A stretch of DNA of 63,143 nt, counting the filler, from Octopus bimaculoides (lineage: Eukaryota), in the NCBI RefSeq assembly GCF_001194135.2. It is 5 parts of 5 records of this genome, joined end to end, with 100 filler letters (N's around TTAATTAATTAA, not from the genome) between each part and the next. Parts side by side here need not be neighbours in the genome. Positions count along the whole stretch, not along the records: positions 1 to 25,605 come from NC_069003.1; 4 more parts are not named here. One strand, written 5' to 3'. Below, piece by piece: positions 11,900 through 23,044 of this stretch (position 1 is its first letter; every line of letters starts with the position of its first letter). The notes beneath the pieces are model-generated. The model worked only from the letters and a program-made list of their open reading frames with translations. It was not told the DNA's origin and did not search any database. The translations under genes were made by a program, and so were the position numbers.

Positions 11900-12240
11900 T
11901 GACATAAAAGACTTATGAGCATATTAGTTAGTTGTCTCTTTGCTATGAGGCACATAAGGCTGCAAGATGATCTCTCCAACCAGCTCCGTTTTCTGCCTTC
12001 GTTCTGGTCTCATTGCAGCTTCTCCACCCTTCTCGTCTCCTTTCCTTGTCAATGATCCTTCTCCGTATGGTTTTAAGGTGTTCCGCTGCTCTTTTCTCCC
12101 CGGGCTGTCATACAATCGCATTCTTGATCTTATCTGAAGACTTGTCCGATCCAGTTCTAGCGTTTATGTCTTACTTCGTTACTGATCTCGTAAATACCCG
12201 TTGGCATCTCACTTGTGTCATTTCGTACTCTTTGCAACCA
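11900..12240 (-). mobile_element. RTE-like LINE 3' remnant (very degraded)
   Basis: Minus-strand peptide ...SLTRK...RPERRQKTELVGEII followed by a CAGCCTTATGTGCCTCATAG tail, reminiscent of RTE C-termini. Confidence 0.35.
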
Positions 12241-12599
12241 CGGTGTGCATATTAGATGCACCCTAATTTCAGCAGTGCCTATTCAGGAGGGAAAAGGTTT
12301 TAGTGCATTAAAGCAAATAATATTTAAAGCAATCTTGTATATTACAAAAGTTGAATATTATTTTATAGAGTTAGAGAAGGTAGAAGAGACCGTCTCCCTT
12401 AAAATTGGCTCTTTACCAATAAGCGTCGGGGACAAAATTTGGTTATGAGAGACATATCTTCGCATATAGGATCTGGGGTGCTTTTTTTTTTAGATATTTC
12501 TTTGGGAAAAAGTGCATTTTATCTGCTATCAAATATGGTATAGGGGCTCGCATACACTAGGGCCTGTAGGTAATATATTTAAGGGCAGTAAATTTTAAG

Positions 12600-12790
12600 A
12601 CAAATCCATGACAAAGAACTGCTGCTGCTTGATACCAGGTCAACGCTGATGAACAAGTAGAACAGTACTAAAAGGTGTTCCGGCCATGACCATCTTGTCT
12701 TTTTAGGGGATACGGTAAGACTACATTTTTCTGGTATGTTCTTTCCTTATTTAAGTCAATTGCGTAAGATTTAAAGGAGATCCATGCATG
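12600..12790 (+). mobile_element. Dispersed repeat family D
   Basis: CCAGGTCAACGCTGATGAACAAG...AAAAGGTGTTCCGGCCATGACCATCTTGTC, similar to 6040-6100. Confidence 0.5.
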
Positions 12791-12879
12791 CATCCATTTT
12801 CTCCGCACATTATTCCTAGGAGGGTTGTTGAAGTTTGAATCCTCAGGGTTTTGTGATGTTGGCGTCCTCAGGCATTGGG

Positions 12880-13090
12880 GGTGGGGGTTGAGTTCTCCTG
12901 CTGAATTCCTAAGCGTGACTAAAACAGATTATGGATATTATCCAACCAACTCGTTCTTGGTCTACTCTTAGGTCTTTTGCCGGTTGGCTCGGTTTCAAGA
13001 ATCTACTTTGTGATTCTTTCTCACGACATTCTAGCCATATGTCCATAACACCGGGGCTGTGACCTCTCAATGCAGAGAAATAGCGGATCG
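12880..13090 (-). mobile_element. RTE LINE C-terminal remnant
   Basis: Minus strand translates RSQPRCYGHMARMS.ERITK.ILETEPTGKRPKSRPRTSWLDNIHNL (RTE W/YGH...RGRP..W.D motif). Confidence 0.7.
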
Positions 13091-13599
13091 ATCTGGAGAG
13101 ACTCTCTGCCGAGTAACGTTACCTCAAGGATCCTTTGGAGGAGCCCCATTTCGACCGCTCGTATTCGCAATCATAGTAATCTTCCGGCAGTTACCCAACG
13201 TTGACGACTATGCGCATGTTCGAGTCGCCCTCATTAGTTTGTGAAAGGAATTGGTACAGTTAAGATTTACTTGTAACCAATGCAGCAGTATTAGTTTTCA
13301 TAGAACGTTTATACAGGGCGGTTATATTCATATAGCTTGTCATATTCAGAAGATCGTTTTATTTGAAGGAAGTTAAGTTTACCACAGGCTTTTGAATTCA
13401 AGATCGACATGTTAAAGCAGCTGGATTAAAATGCAATTTACAGTAGTAAAATAAAAGCGAAAGTAAATTGTCCTGTCCTAAAAATTATGAAAGTAAATTG
13501 TGACGACAGTGACATCCCATAATTTCTTGTAAATAGTATGCGACACAACCAGTGTATAAAACATACACAATCATAATATCAATAATATCCAGAGCTTCA

Positions 13600-13925
13600 T
13601 CGCTCCCGAAGGAGGAACTCCTCCCTGGGCTCCTTCCTCCGTTATCTGCCTCTGGCCAGTCGTGGTCATGTAGGCCTCAGGTAGCCAGCAAGGTCATCTC
13701 ACCATCTTGTCTTTGGTAGGCCTCGTGATCTTGTCCATTGTCTTGGTGTCCATTCCGTCTCTCTCGCACGATTGTCCTTCTGTTGCACGATGTGATAATA
13801 TATATATATCTGTTCTCCATCTATACCTGTTCTCCTTGATGGTTCTAATGACGTCGTTGATTCTCGTGTGCTGTTGAATCCAGGCATTGGTTTTCTTGTC
13901 TCGCATATTTTCATATGACATGAAA
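13600..13925 (-). mobile_element. RTE LINE C-terminal remnant
   Basis: RDKKTNAWIQQHTRINDVIRTIKENRYRW...TEWTPRQWTRSRGLPKTRW. Confidence 0.8.
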
Positions 13926-14711
13926 ACTGTACATTTTATACCAGTTGAAAACAATCACACTTTTCACTACTGTTGTTTGTTACTGAGTATCGTCTATTGG
14001 AACGGTGTATCTCAAATGCTGCTTCTGAAATACTTAACTCATTTACTAAAAGGTACTATACATGTAAGTGTTTGTGGTATGGTATAATGAAGTAATTCGT
14101 TTTGCTCTTATACAATTTTGATAGGTCATTGTCGTCATTTTCGGTTTCTATCACGATTTACCTTCACCTTTTTGGACAATTTACTTTCACTTTTTAGGAT
14201 ACTTTCCTTTCTCTTTTTTTTTACAACCGTAAACTGAATGTTAACCCACCAGCTGTAGATGCTGTTGAGGAGAAAAGGTAACGCTTATGACATATTTCAG
14301 GGCTTCTGGCATTTTTAGAGTAAAAATGAGGAAGTTATTCTTTCACTCAGGATGCGATCTAGCTCAAAGGTTTGCAAACGAATGGATTCTGCTTAAAGGC
14401 ACCCAAAGGCAACAGTTGGAGCTATTAAATTGGACTGACAAATTAACTCTTCTTTACAAAATGACACCCTAGTGTAGTTCATTCGGTGGTTTTTGTCTCT
14501 TAATAGAAAGTCCAAGAAACTAGAGAGAAAGTTCACAAATCAAATATAAATATTTTGTTTGAAACTTTGAAATACAAAACAGTAAAAGTTAAATTTATTT
14601 TACAGATTTTGAAAACGATAAAATAAAATAAAATGAAATCCAATGAGGGGAAATCCGGTAGTTGGTGTGCACTGAGGAACGATGCCACGTCAATATATAT
14701 ATATATATATA

Positions 14712-14784
14712 GGTTCAAAAAAACAATAACAAAAAAGTGAGGACGTGATACGGATAGTGTTATTGGACGCTCAGGAAAGAGAGA

Positions 14785-14790
<6 letters not shown>
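14712..14790 (-). mobile_element. (TA)n-embedded fragment related to the 35182-35375 Penelope-like repeat
   Basis: AAAAAACAA.AACA...GAGGAC.TG...TATT..ACGCTC.GGAA.GAGA is colinear with 35200-35275. Flanked by TA microsatellites and truncated before the ribozyme motif. Confidence 0.45.
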
Positions 14791-14816
<26 letters not shown>

Positions 14817-14939
14817 GGGATCCGAACAAGCCCTCTCAGACAAAAGACCCATAGTTAAAGTGTGAAAGTGGAGAAAAGTCTCTCAGACAAAAGCCCCACG
14901 GTTATATTTTTCGGTTATTTTTTGGGGTTTTTTTTTCTT

Positions 14940-15665
14940 TTTACTTGTTGCAGTCATTAGACTGTGGTTATGCTGGGGCACCACCTTGAGGAATTTTTAG
15001 TCAAATTCTAACAAAAGGGAAAGCATTTACTTCTAGAAATGTGTAGAAACATAAAAACGATGAGAGGTACGTTTGAATGACTAACCGTCAGTGCCATAAT
15101 TCTGTTAGACCATCAACGGCCGGAGAAAGTTCAAAAGGTCAGCTTATTCTCATTAATCTAGAAAAAATTTTTCCAGGCGGTGTCCCAGCATGGCCGCAGT
15201 CTAATAACGGCAACAAGTAAATTTTTTAAAAAAATTCTGGCATCGATACATTCAACTAAAAATTCTTCAAGGTGGTGCCCCAGCATGGCTGCAGTCTAAT
15301 AACTGCAACAAGTAAAAATAAGAAAAAATTCTGGCGTCGATACGTTCAACTAAACATTCTTCAAGGTGGTGCCCCAGTATGGCCACAGTCTAATGAGTGA
15401 AACAAGTAAAAGGTGATCACCGCCCTTAGTCGAAGAAATCGACCCAAAGATTTATTCTTTGTAAGTCTAATACTTATTCTATCTTGTCTCTTGCCGAACC
15501 GCTAAGTTATGGGGAATTAAACACAGCAACATCGGTTGTCAAGCGATGGTGAGGATACAAACACAGACACACAGACACACACGCGCGCACGCACACACAG
15601 AGTCTTCCTTCAGTTTCCGTGTACGAAATCCACTCACAAGGCTTTGGTGGACCTGAAGCTATAGT
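14940..15665. mobile_element. Cluster of SINE family B pieces, including a tandemly amplified 3' module
   Basis: Minus copies at about 14945-15000 and 15415-15665. Plus-strand unit of about 95 bp starts at 15176, 15271 and 15365. Confidence 0.8.
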
Positions 15666-16240
15666 ATATATGTATATATGCATATGTCTGCTGGGTTCGG
15701 CTGCTCTTCATTGATAAGGAGCAAATACCCTGAAACTAGTCTGTTGATGCCAGACCAGCAAGGGGAAGCGGCCGACCTCCCCTGTTCGAAGGTTATAATG
15801 GACACAGGTTCATGTGTCACATAGCTAGCTAGAGACGATGGCCTCTTGGAGCTAATCAAACAGGAATTTTCAATGGCCAAATAACTGAAGAGATGTTGGC
15901 GTGGGTTCCCACCCCGGCATCCGAAACTCGGAGTTTTATCATGGCTACCGAATAAGTGTCACATATTTTTACAGGTATATATATATATATNNNNNNNNNN
16001 NNNNNNNNNNNNNNNNNNNNNNNNNNNNNNNNNNNNNNNNNNNNNNNNNNNNNNNNNNNNNNNNNNNNNNNNNNNNNNNNNNNNNNNNNNNNNNNNNNNN
16101 NNNNNNNNNNNNNNNNNNNNNNNNNNNNNNNNNNNNNNNNNNNNNNNNNNNNNNNNNNNNNNNNNNNNNNNNNNNNNNNNNNNNNNNNNNNNNNNNNNTG
16201 TGTGTGTGTGTGTGTGTGTGTACGTACATATATATGTATA

Positions 16241-16669
16241 TATCTGTAATATAATATATGACCATTATTATTATTTGGTTGCCATAAAAAACTCCGAGTT
16301 TCGGATGTCGGGGCGGAAATCTGCTGCGGCATCTCGTCAGTTATTAAGACAAGCAAAAATGCTATGAAAATGACCGTTAAACAAATGGAAATTACTATGT
16401 AAATGACCGTTATTAAGACAAACAAAAGAGCTATTACAATGACCGTTACTTAAAGGAAAAAAACCCGTTATATAACGGTCATTGTAATAGCTCTTTTGTT
16501 TGTCTTAATAACGGTCATTTACATAATAATTTCCCTTTGTTTAACGGTCATTTTCATAGCATTTTTGTTTGTCTTCATAACTGACGAGATACCGGGGCAG
16601 ACATCCAAAACTCGGAGTTTTATTATGGCAACCAAATAATAATAATGGTCACATATTATATTACAGATA
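16241..16669. mobile_element. Foldback/MITE-like long inverted repeat (arms about 200 bp)
   Basis: 16241-16448 is the near-perfect reverse complement of 16473-16669. Internal ATGACCGTTA subrepeats; a partial third arm lies at about 15911-15975. Confidence 0.85.
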
Positions 16670-17205
16670 AATTCCTCTTAAGACCTTTTCACTCTTACTT
16701 CGTTCTTCTTCCTCTGTCTCATTTAATAGCTTTCTTCTATCCCTCTACCTCTAACATATTTTTCATAACAAAGAAACGTAAAAACACACACAACCACACA
16801 TACGTGATCTATGACAACAACATACACATAAACACATACACACATCAACATTATAGATATAAGATTTACTTTGTGTGTGTTTCTTATATAAACACGCGCA
16901 CGCATTGCTATTTTATAACTGTCTTCCGTTCTCCCTTCCTCTCTTTCTCTCTCTTCATTGCTCCCGTTCTCTTTTCCTCTCTCTCTCTTCCTCTCTCCCT
17001 CTTCTCTCTCACTCTCTCAAACGCATACACGCGCACATACACACAAGCATTCACTACAATATAACTCATGTTCGTCAATGTTTTGTAAATATACAAACTA
17101 CGGAGCTTATGTAGANNNNNNNNNNTCATGTTCGTCAATGTTTTGTAAATATACAAACTACGGAGCTTATGTAGACAGGACAACACATTGCAAAATCATT
17201 TTCAC

Positions 17206-17252
17206 TAGGGTGTTAGGGTTAGGGTTTTAGGGTCAGGGTTAGGGTTTTAAGG

Positions 17253-17288
<36 letters not shown>

Positions 17289-17378
17289 ATTAGGGTTAGT
17301 GTTACGGTTACGGTTTTAGGGTCAGCGTCAGGGTTTTAGGGTTGGGGTTAGGTTTAGGGTTTTAGGGTTAGGGTTAGG
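17206..17378 (+). repeat. Interstitial telomere-like (TTAGGG)n tract with variants
   Basis: About 170 bp of TTAGGG/TTTAGGG/TCAGGG/TTACGG units. Confidence 0.9.
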
Positions 17379-17599
17379 TAATCTTGCGGGTGTTAATCTG
17401 AAAAATTACCGAAATGTGAAAACTACTGACCCTGCCATCTGTTATACCTTTTGTTGTTCTGTTTAATATATACATAGATTATGTCTCAAAAGAAGAGAAC
17501 TTGCTGGGGAAAGAAAGCAACCGGTTTAAATTGACAGCAACAGACTGCAACAATTCACCACATTCCAGAAGCTACTTTGAACATAATGTAAAATGGTGC

Positions 17600-17800
17600 A
17601 TCAACATCTACTGCCCAATCTAATAGAATTCTGACAGAACTGTGTAGCAACAGATTGCCAGCAATTGCTTCATCAGAAATTGCCGTCCTAGCTCCTGCGA
17701 AAAGGAATTACCCTGCTATGTATAATCAGGGCAGCGCAAAAAGTTGCTTTGCACAAGCATTTGTATAGCCAATTAGACGGATGAAATTTACGTACACTTA
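17600..17800 (+). mobile_element. Degenerate PIF1-type helicase fragment (Helitron-like)
   Basis: NRILTELCSNRLPAIASSEIAVLA resembles the LxxxxRxxxxxxxAVASSGIAATLL motif of Helitron PIF1 helicases. Confidence 0.4.
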
Positions 17801-18529
17801 ATGTTACGCAAAACAGCCTTCAGACTTTCCCTATTAATTTCATCGTCTTTTGAATTATGAACATATTTACATCATAAGGGTTTTTTCGTTGTAAGGCTTT
17901 CTTTTTTAGTTGATTTTCACCTAGCAAGACTTATCGTAGATGGCGTAATAAGTCACACCCAGACANNNNNNNNNNNNNNNNNNNNNNNNNNNNNNNNNNN
18001 NNNNNNNNNNNNNNNNNNNNNNNNNNNNNNNNNNNNNNNNNNNNNNNNNNNNNNNNNNNNNNNNNNNNNNNNNNNNNNNNNNNNNNNNNNNNNNNNNNNN
18101 NNNNNNNNNNNNNNNNNNNNNNNNNNNNNNNNNNNNNNNNNNNNNNNNNNNNNNNNNNNNNNNNNNNNNNNNNNNNNNNNNNNNNNNNNNNNNNNNNNNN
18201 NNNNNNNNNNNNNNNNNNNNNNNNNNNNNNNNNNNNNNNNNNNNNNNNNNNNNNNNNNNNNNNNNNNNNNNNNNNNNNNNNNNNNNNNNNNNNNNNNNNN
18301 NNNNNNNNNNNNNNNNNNNNNNNNNNNNNNNNNNNNNNNNNNNNNNNNNNNNNNNNNNNNNNNNNNNNNNNNNNNNNNNNNNNNNNNNNNNNNNNNNNNN
18401 NNNNNNNNNNNNNNNNNNNNNNNNNNNNNNNNNNNNNNNNNNNNNNNNNNNNNNNNNNNNNNNNNNNNNNNNNNNNNNNNNNNNNNNNNNNNNNNNNNNN
18501 NNNNNNNNTATATATATATATATATACAT

Positions 18530-18621
18530 ATATATATGGACGCACGTATGTATGTATATATGTATGTATGTATGAATGTATGTGTGTGTGTATTATACAC
18601 ACACATACACCTATGTATGTA

Positions 18622-18667
<46 letters not shown>

Positions 18668-18672
18668 TGTGT
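18530..18672. repeat. (TA)n/(GTAT)n/(TG)n microsatellites
   Basis: Visible directly in the sequence. Confidence 0.95.
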
Positions 18673-19179
18673 GTATTCAAATATTATTTCAATAATAATA
18701 AAGGGTAAAATCAATAAGGATTTTACCAGGTAGCCAGTGCAGAAAATACAAATTTTCCAACTTATTTTATAATTATATAATTATGTATATGATCATAAAA
18801 TTATCTATATTTATAGACATAGGCTGAGGACTCATCTCTCTTAACATCTCTAACGCTTTATTTTTCATGACACACACTAACCCACTCACACACATCCGCC
18901 ACACACAGAGGTGTTACAGCAACGATGAGTATTGCGTGAGATTTGCCACACCCTAAACCTTAAACCTACACAAATTGACCGATATATTTTCTACTTTAAG
19001 GCTGTCAAAGAGCGGGGTTTTATTATTTTATGTACTATAAGGTTTCCCCTTCTACTTTTCTTTACACCCTTGTGGCAATTATAGAAAAGTGAATTATATT
19101 TGTAGACTATTAACAAAGAAGCAAAGGTAGTTGTCTTTTGTGTTGAGGGCTACCGAGATTTTTGACAGAGAAGTGTGAA

Positions 19180-19565
19180 ATGCTGATTTCGTTAGCACGC
19201 TGGGCAAAATTACTTGGCAGCATTTTGTACGTCTGTACTTTCAGAGTTTAAATTTCGCCGAGGTCGACTTTGCCTTTCACCCTTTCCAGAAGCAGTAGGG
19301 TCGATGCAATCGGCCTTCTCCTCTGCCCTGAAATTGATGGCTTTGTACCAACATTTCAAAATCAAAGGCGGCGAGCTGGCCGAATCGTGAGCATGCGCTG
19401 GGCAAAATGCTTAACGGCATTTCATCTGTTTTTACGTTCTGAGTTCAAATTCCGCTAAGGTTGACTTTGTCTGGGGTCGATAAGATAAGTACCAGTTGAG
19501 TACTGGGGTCGATGTATTCGACTTATTCCCTTCCCGAAATTGCTGGCTTTGTGCCAAAATTATTT
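19180..19565 (+). mobile_element. Two tandem SINE family A copies
   Basis: Head GGCGGCGAGCTGGC.GAATCG, B box GAGTTCAAATTCC and core GTCGACTTTGCCTTTCA; copies at about 19180-19345 and 19365-19565. Confidence 0.85.
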
Positions 19566-20059
19566 ATTATTATCTACTATAATAATACTCTTGTGCTTTT
19601 CTCCGTCACAACATATGAACGAGAAAGGAAGGGGTGATAGATGAATAAGGAAGGAAGGAAGGGGTGATAGGTGAATACAGAAGGAGTGATGGTAATTCTA
19701 CGGTGAAAACAAATCTACGTTTCAATTCTGTGTGAGTATATGTGTGTGTATGTAAAAGGGAGGTAAGTGAATATGTGTGTGTGCAATGGAAGTAGGATGG
19801 TGAACATTCAATGCTGAAAAGAAAAATCAAACAGCGTTTCAACTGTGTGAGCATATGTGTGTAAGCGCGTGTGTACAAGAATTTGAACTAGCGTTCTTTC
19901 AGTAACAAATGATGATCGATGTCAGATCTCAAAAGAAAACCACTAGACAACATTGACAAGTGTATTAATTTGATTTACCATCCATATTTATATATAAAAT
20001 ACTAGATAACATTGGAAAATGTATTAATTTGAATTACCATCCATATTCCATTTTTGTCC

Positions 20060-21102
20060 TTATTACGGAGGTATTGTTTAAAGTCGTGTTTGTTTGTTTG
20101 TTCGTCCATGGACAAGATATCTCAAGAACCGCTGGATAGATTTGGATGAAACTTTCAGGGATGTTTGGCTGCGTGACTGGCACAAACTGATTAGATTTTG
20201 GGATCGATCTGGTACCAGACAAGAATTCTGGATTATTTGTTATATTTACTTTACTTTACATGAAGTATTACGATCTTATGTTGACTTTCAAGTCTTTCTC
20301 TGATTATCTCCCTTGAAAGTACGCTCATGGTTTCCATGTAAGTTATGGCAGTGTTGCTGTTTCTAAAGTTTTATTTTCCTTTCTCTATTATTAATTTTAC
20401 TTGCATCTCTATCTTGGTAGAAATTTATGGATAAAGAAATCAAACTACATAAATAAACAGTAGCAAAACCGTTTAGAAATTAAATAACACTAATATATTC
20501 AGTAACAATAATAAATTTAATTTATCCTCGACAATTTTTAGTTTTACCAATTTTGAATATATCACTCCTGTTTAAAACCTCTTACCTACTTGACAATTGC
20601 ATTTCTAGCTCTGCCTTGAAGGAAGCTTTACTTCTTTGACTCACATTTTTGTGCGCAATGATATTGTTAAACCTCGGTTAAGAGAACCGTATGCAGGTCC
20701 TTTCCATTTTCTTCCACACACAGATAAATTTTTCACTATAGACCTTAATGGTTGTAAAGACACTATATCAGCAGATAGACTAAAAAAGGCCTTCATAGAG
20801 AAAACTGTCCCTGTTCTCACTGCAGACAACACACACACAGCATTACAAACACAGCCCGCACACCCACCTTCACATTCCATGACCACCATTGGGATCGATC
20901 AGGTACTGGACAAGGATTCTGGATTATTTTTCTGTTTTTTTACTTAATTTTTGAGAGCAGTCGGATTCATTTTTAGTATTCTCGTTTGTGAGAGCAGTTG
21001 ACTTTATTTCAGATATTCTCATTTTAAAATCATCTCCGGTTAATCGTTGAGAGGACGTTGGTGTTGCCTTGGCAGAGGTTTGCCCTCTCAGTACTCTTGT
21101 TT
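20060..21102 (+). mobile_element. Non-autonomous Helentron/HINE (DINE-1-like) element with internal insertion
   Basis: 5' TTATTAC..GGAGGT, (GTTT)n microsatellite and ATCTCAAGAACCGCTGGATAGATTTGGATGAAACTTT core. 3' CCTTGGCAGAGGTTTGCCCTCTCAGTACTCTTGTT end. Confidence 0.55.
20570..20850 (+). mobile_element. Gypsy integrase C-terminal (GPY/F) fragment
   Basis: THIFVRNDIVKPRLREPYAGPFHFLPHTDKFFTIDLNGCKDTISADRLKKAFIE, containing the P-Y-x-G-P-F and S.DRLK motifs. Confidence 0.85.
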
Positions 21103-21179
21103 ATATATAAAGTACTACAATTAGCCATCATTTTTGATGGCATGGGGCTAGCTTAGTTATTGTTGTTGTTATTATTATT

Positions 21180-21380
21180 ATTAAGTCAGTGAACTGGTAG
21201 AATTGTTAAACACTTTGCAGTGTTTCTTCTGGTTTTATGTTCTGAGTTCTAATTCCATCAACTTTGCTTTTCATCCTTTTGTGATTGATAAAAATAGGTA
21301 GCAGTTGAAAACTACTGGGGTCGATGTAATCAGCTTGCCCCCTCCTCCAAAATTTCAGGTTTTATGCTTATACTGGAAAT
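21180..21380 (+). mobile_element. SINE family A copy
   Basis: TGAACTGGTAGAATTGTTA head; CTTTGCTTTTCATCCTTTT core. Confidence 0.7.
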
Positions 21381-21439
21381 AGTTAACATTAATATTATTA
21401 CCAAACTAGTACATGTTAATTTAATTAGCAGGAATGTTA

Positions 21440-22340
21440 TCTTGAGGTTTGGTGGCAACAAATCTCCTCAAATCTCAAGAATCTTTCTTAGAATTCTTGC
21501 AGAATACAGGATAGTACTTTGCTGCAGGTCAACAATGCAGTTCTCAATTCCAATCTCTTTCAGTCTTTTAGGTAGCATTTTGGATGTTGTGCCAAGTGTA
21601 GCAATTGCCACAGGAATAATCTGTTGACTTGGTCTTCCACACTCTCTTCACCTCTCTGGCAAGATCAATTTCTTTGGTATCTATTTTGTTATCATAAGGA
21701 ACTAAAAAGTCTATGATCTTACAATGTTTATTTTGTCTTTTATAATCATGTCTGGTCATTGTGCTACAAAAATATGGTCATTCTTTATGGAGAAGTTTCA
21801 TAAGATCCTGTAATTCTCATTTTCCATCACAGCCTTCATACTATTTTCCTGTTATTTCAAAGCTACACACTCAGCTAACATTCCAATGTTACCTATATAA
21901 TCATGCCTGCACTTATACTTTATTTGTTCTAGCTTACTAGACTCACTCAGAGAGGATTGGTACTTTCAGCTCCTTACATGCTGTCTGACTGAGTTTTATC
22001 AATCTTTGCCTTTATCAGATTTATCCTACTGACTTGTTCCCAAGCAGTTATAGTTAGTGCTTTGGTCCCACATTTCAGGTTTCCATCCATCAGCCATAGT
22101 CAGTGTTCTTTACTTCTAACATCCTCGATTTGTTGCATGAATTAGCCATCTAATTCCATTTTTTTACCATCAGCTTGCTCTGTTGTTCCTTTTCTTCTTA
22201 TATTTTCCTACTGTTTCAGTAATTTTTCAGGCATTTATAGCTGCCAATCGTATTCTTTCTTCATTCTGCACAACATAATTTTTCAACCCTAATATTGTGA
22301 TATTAACAGTATCTTCTGTGTTTACTACTTCTCTGCTCCC
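21440..22340 (-). mobile_element. R4/Dong-clade non-LTR retrotransposon remnant (zinc finger + restriction-like endonuclease)
   Basis: Minus: LWLMDGNLK..TKAL...WEQ....NLIKAKIDKTQ; KYKCRHD; KHCKIIDFLVPYDNKIDTKEIDLAREVKRVWK; LQQSTILYSARILRKILEI*. Confidence 0.8.
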
Positions 22341-22487
22341 TTCTTTTCTTGGTAGGTAGAGTTAGTTGGTATAACATCTTGAGTGCACACAATGCACACA
22401 TTGTGCATTGTAAGCAGCTTTCTAGTTCTTGTCTGGAGTCCTTGTGGCCAATTAAAGGAGTCGTCATCATCATTATTATTTTATTAT

Positions 22488-22945
22488 TAAAGGTAGAATC
22501 CTTAGTGTGTCAGACAAAATGCTTAACAGCATTTCTTACAGCTCTACATTCTGACTTCAAATGTCTTTCAGCCTTGTCAGATTGATAAAATAAATATTTG
22601 TGAAGCACTGGAGTCAATGTAATTGACTAGCCCTCTCCTACAAAATTTCTAGCATGCTAACAATTCTGCCAGATTGTCACCTTAATAACAACAACAATAA
22701 TGGGTTTCAAATTCAGGTACAATGCCAGCAGTTCTAGGGGTGGGTAAATTCGATTATATTAAACCTAGTGCTTAACTGGTACTTATTTCATGGACCCTGA
22801 AAAGATAAAAGGTAAGGTTGACCTTGGTGAAATTTGAACTGAGAATAATAATAAACCTTTCTTCTAAAGACACAAGGCCTGAAATTTTGGGAGAGGGGGG
22901 TTAGTCAATTACATCGTCCTCAGTGTTCAATAGGTACTTCTTTTA
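22488..22945. mobile_element. Cluster of SINE family A fragments in both orientations
   Basis: Plus copy at about 22488-22650; minus pieces at about 22652-22850 and 22865-22945. Confidence 0.7.
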
Positions 22946-23044
22946 TTGATATTAAGTTTAGATTTCCGTTTACTAAAACACCACAGAGTCCTCTCTAATT
23001 TACATTGAATGCAGTCAGTGCAGAGTAGAAAAGATTCTTAAGTC

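Noticed and set aside
17066-17175. Exact 50-bp direct repeat flanking a 10-N gap
   Set aside because: This is an unmerged contig overlap.
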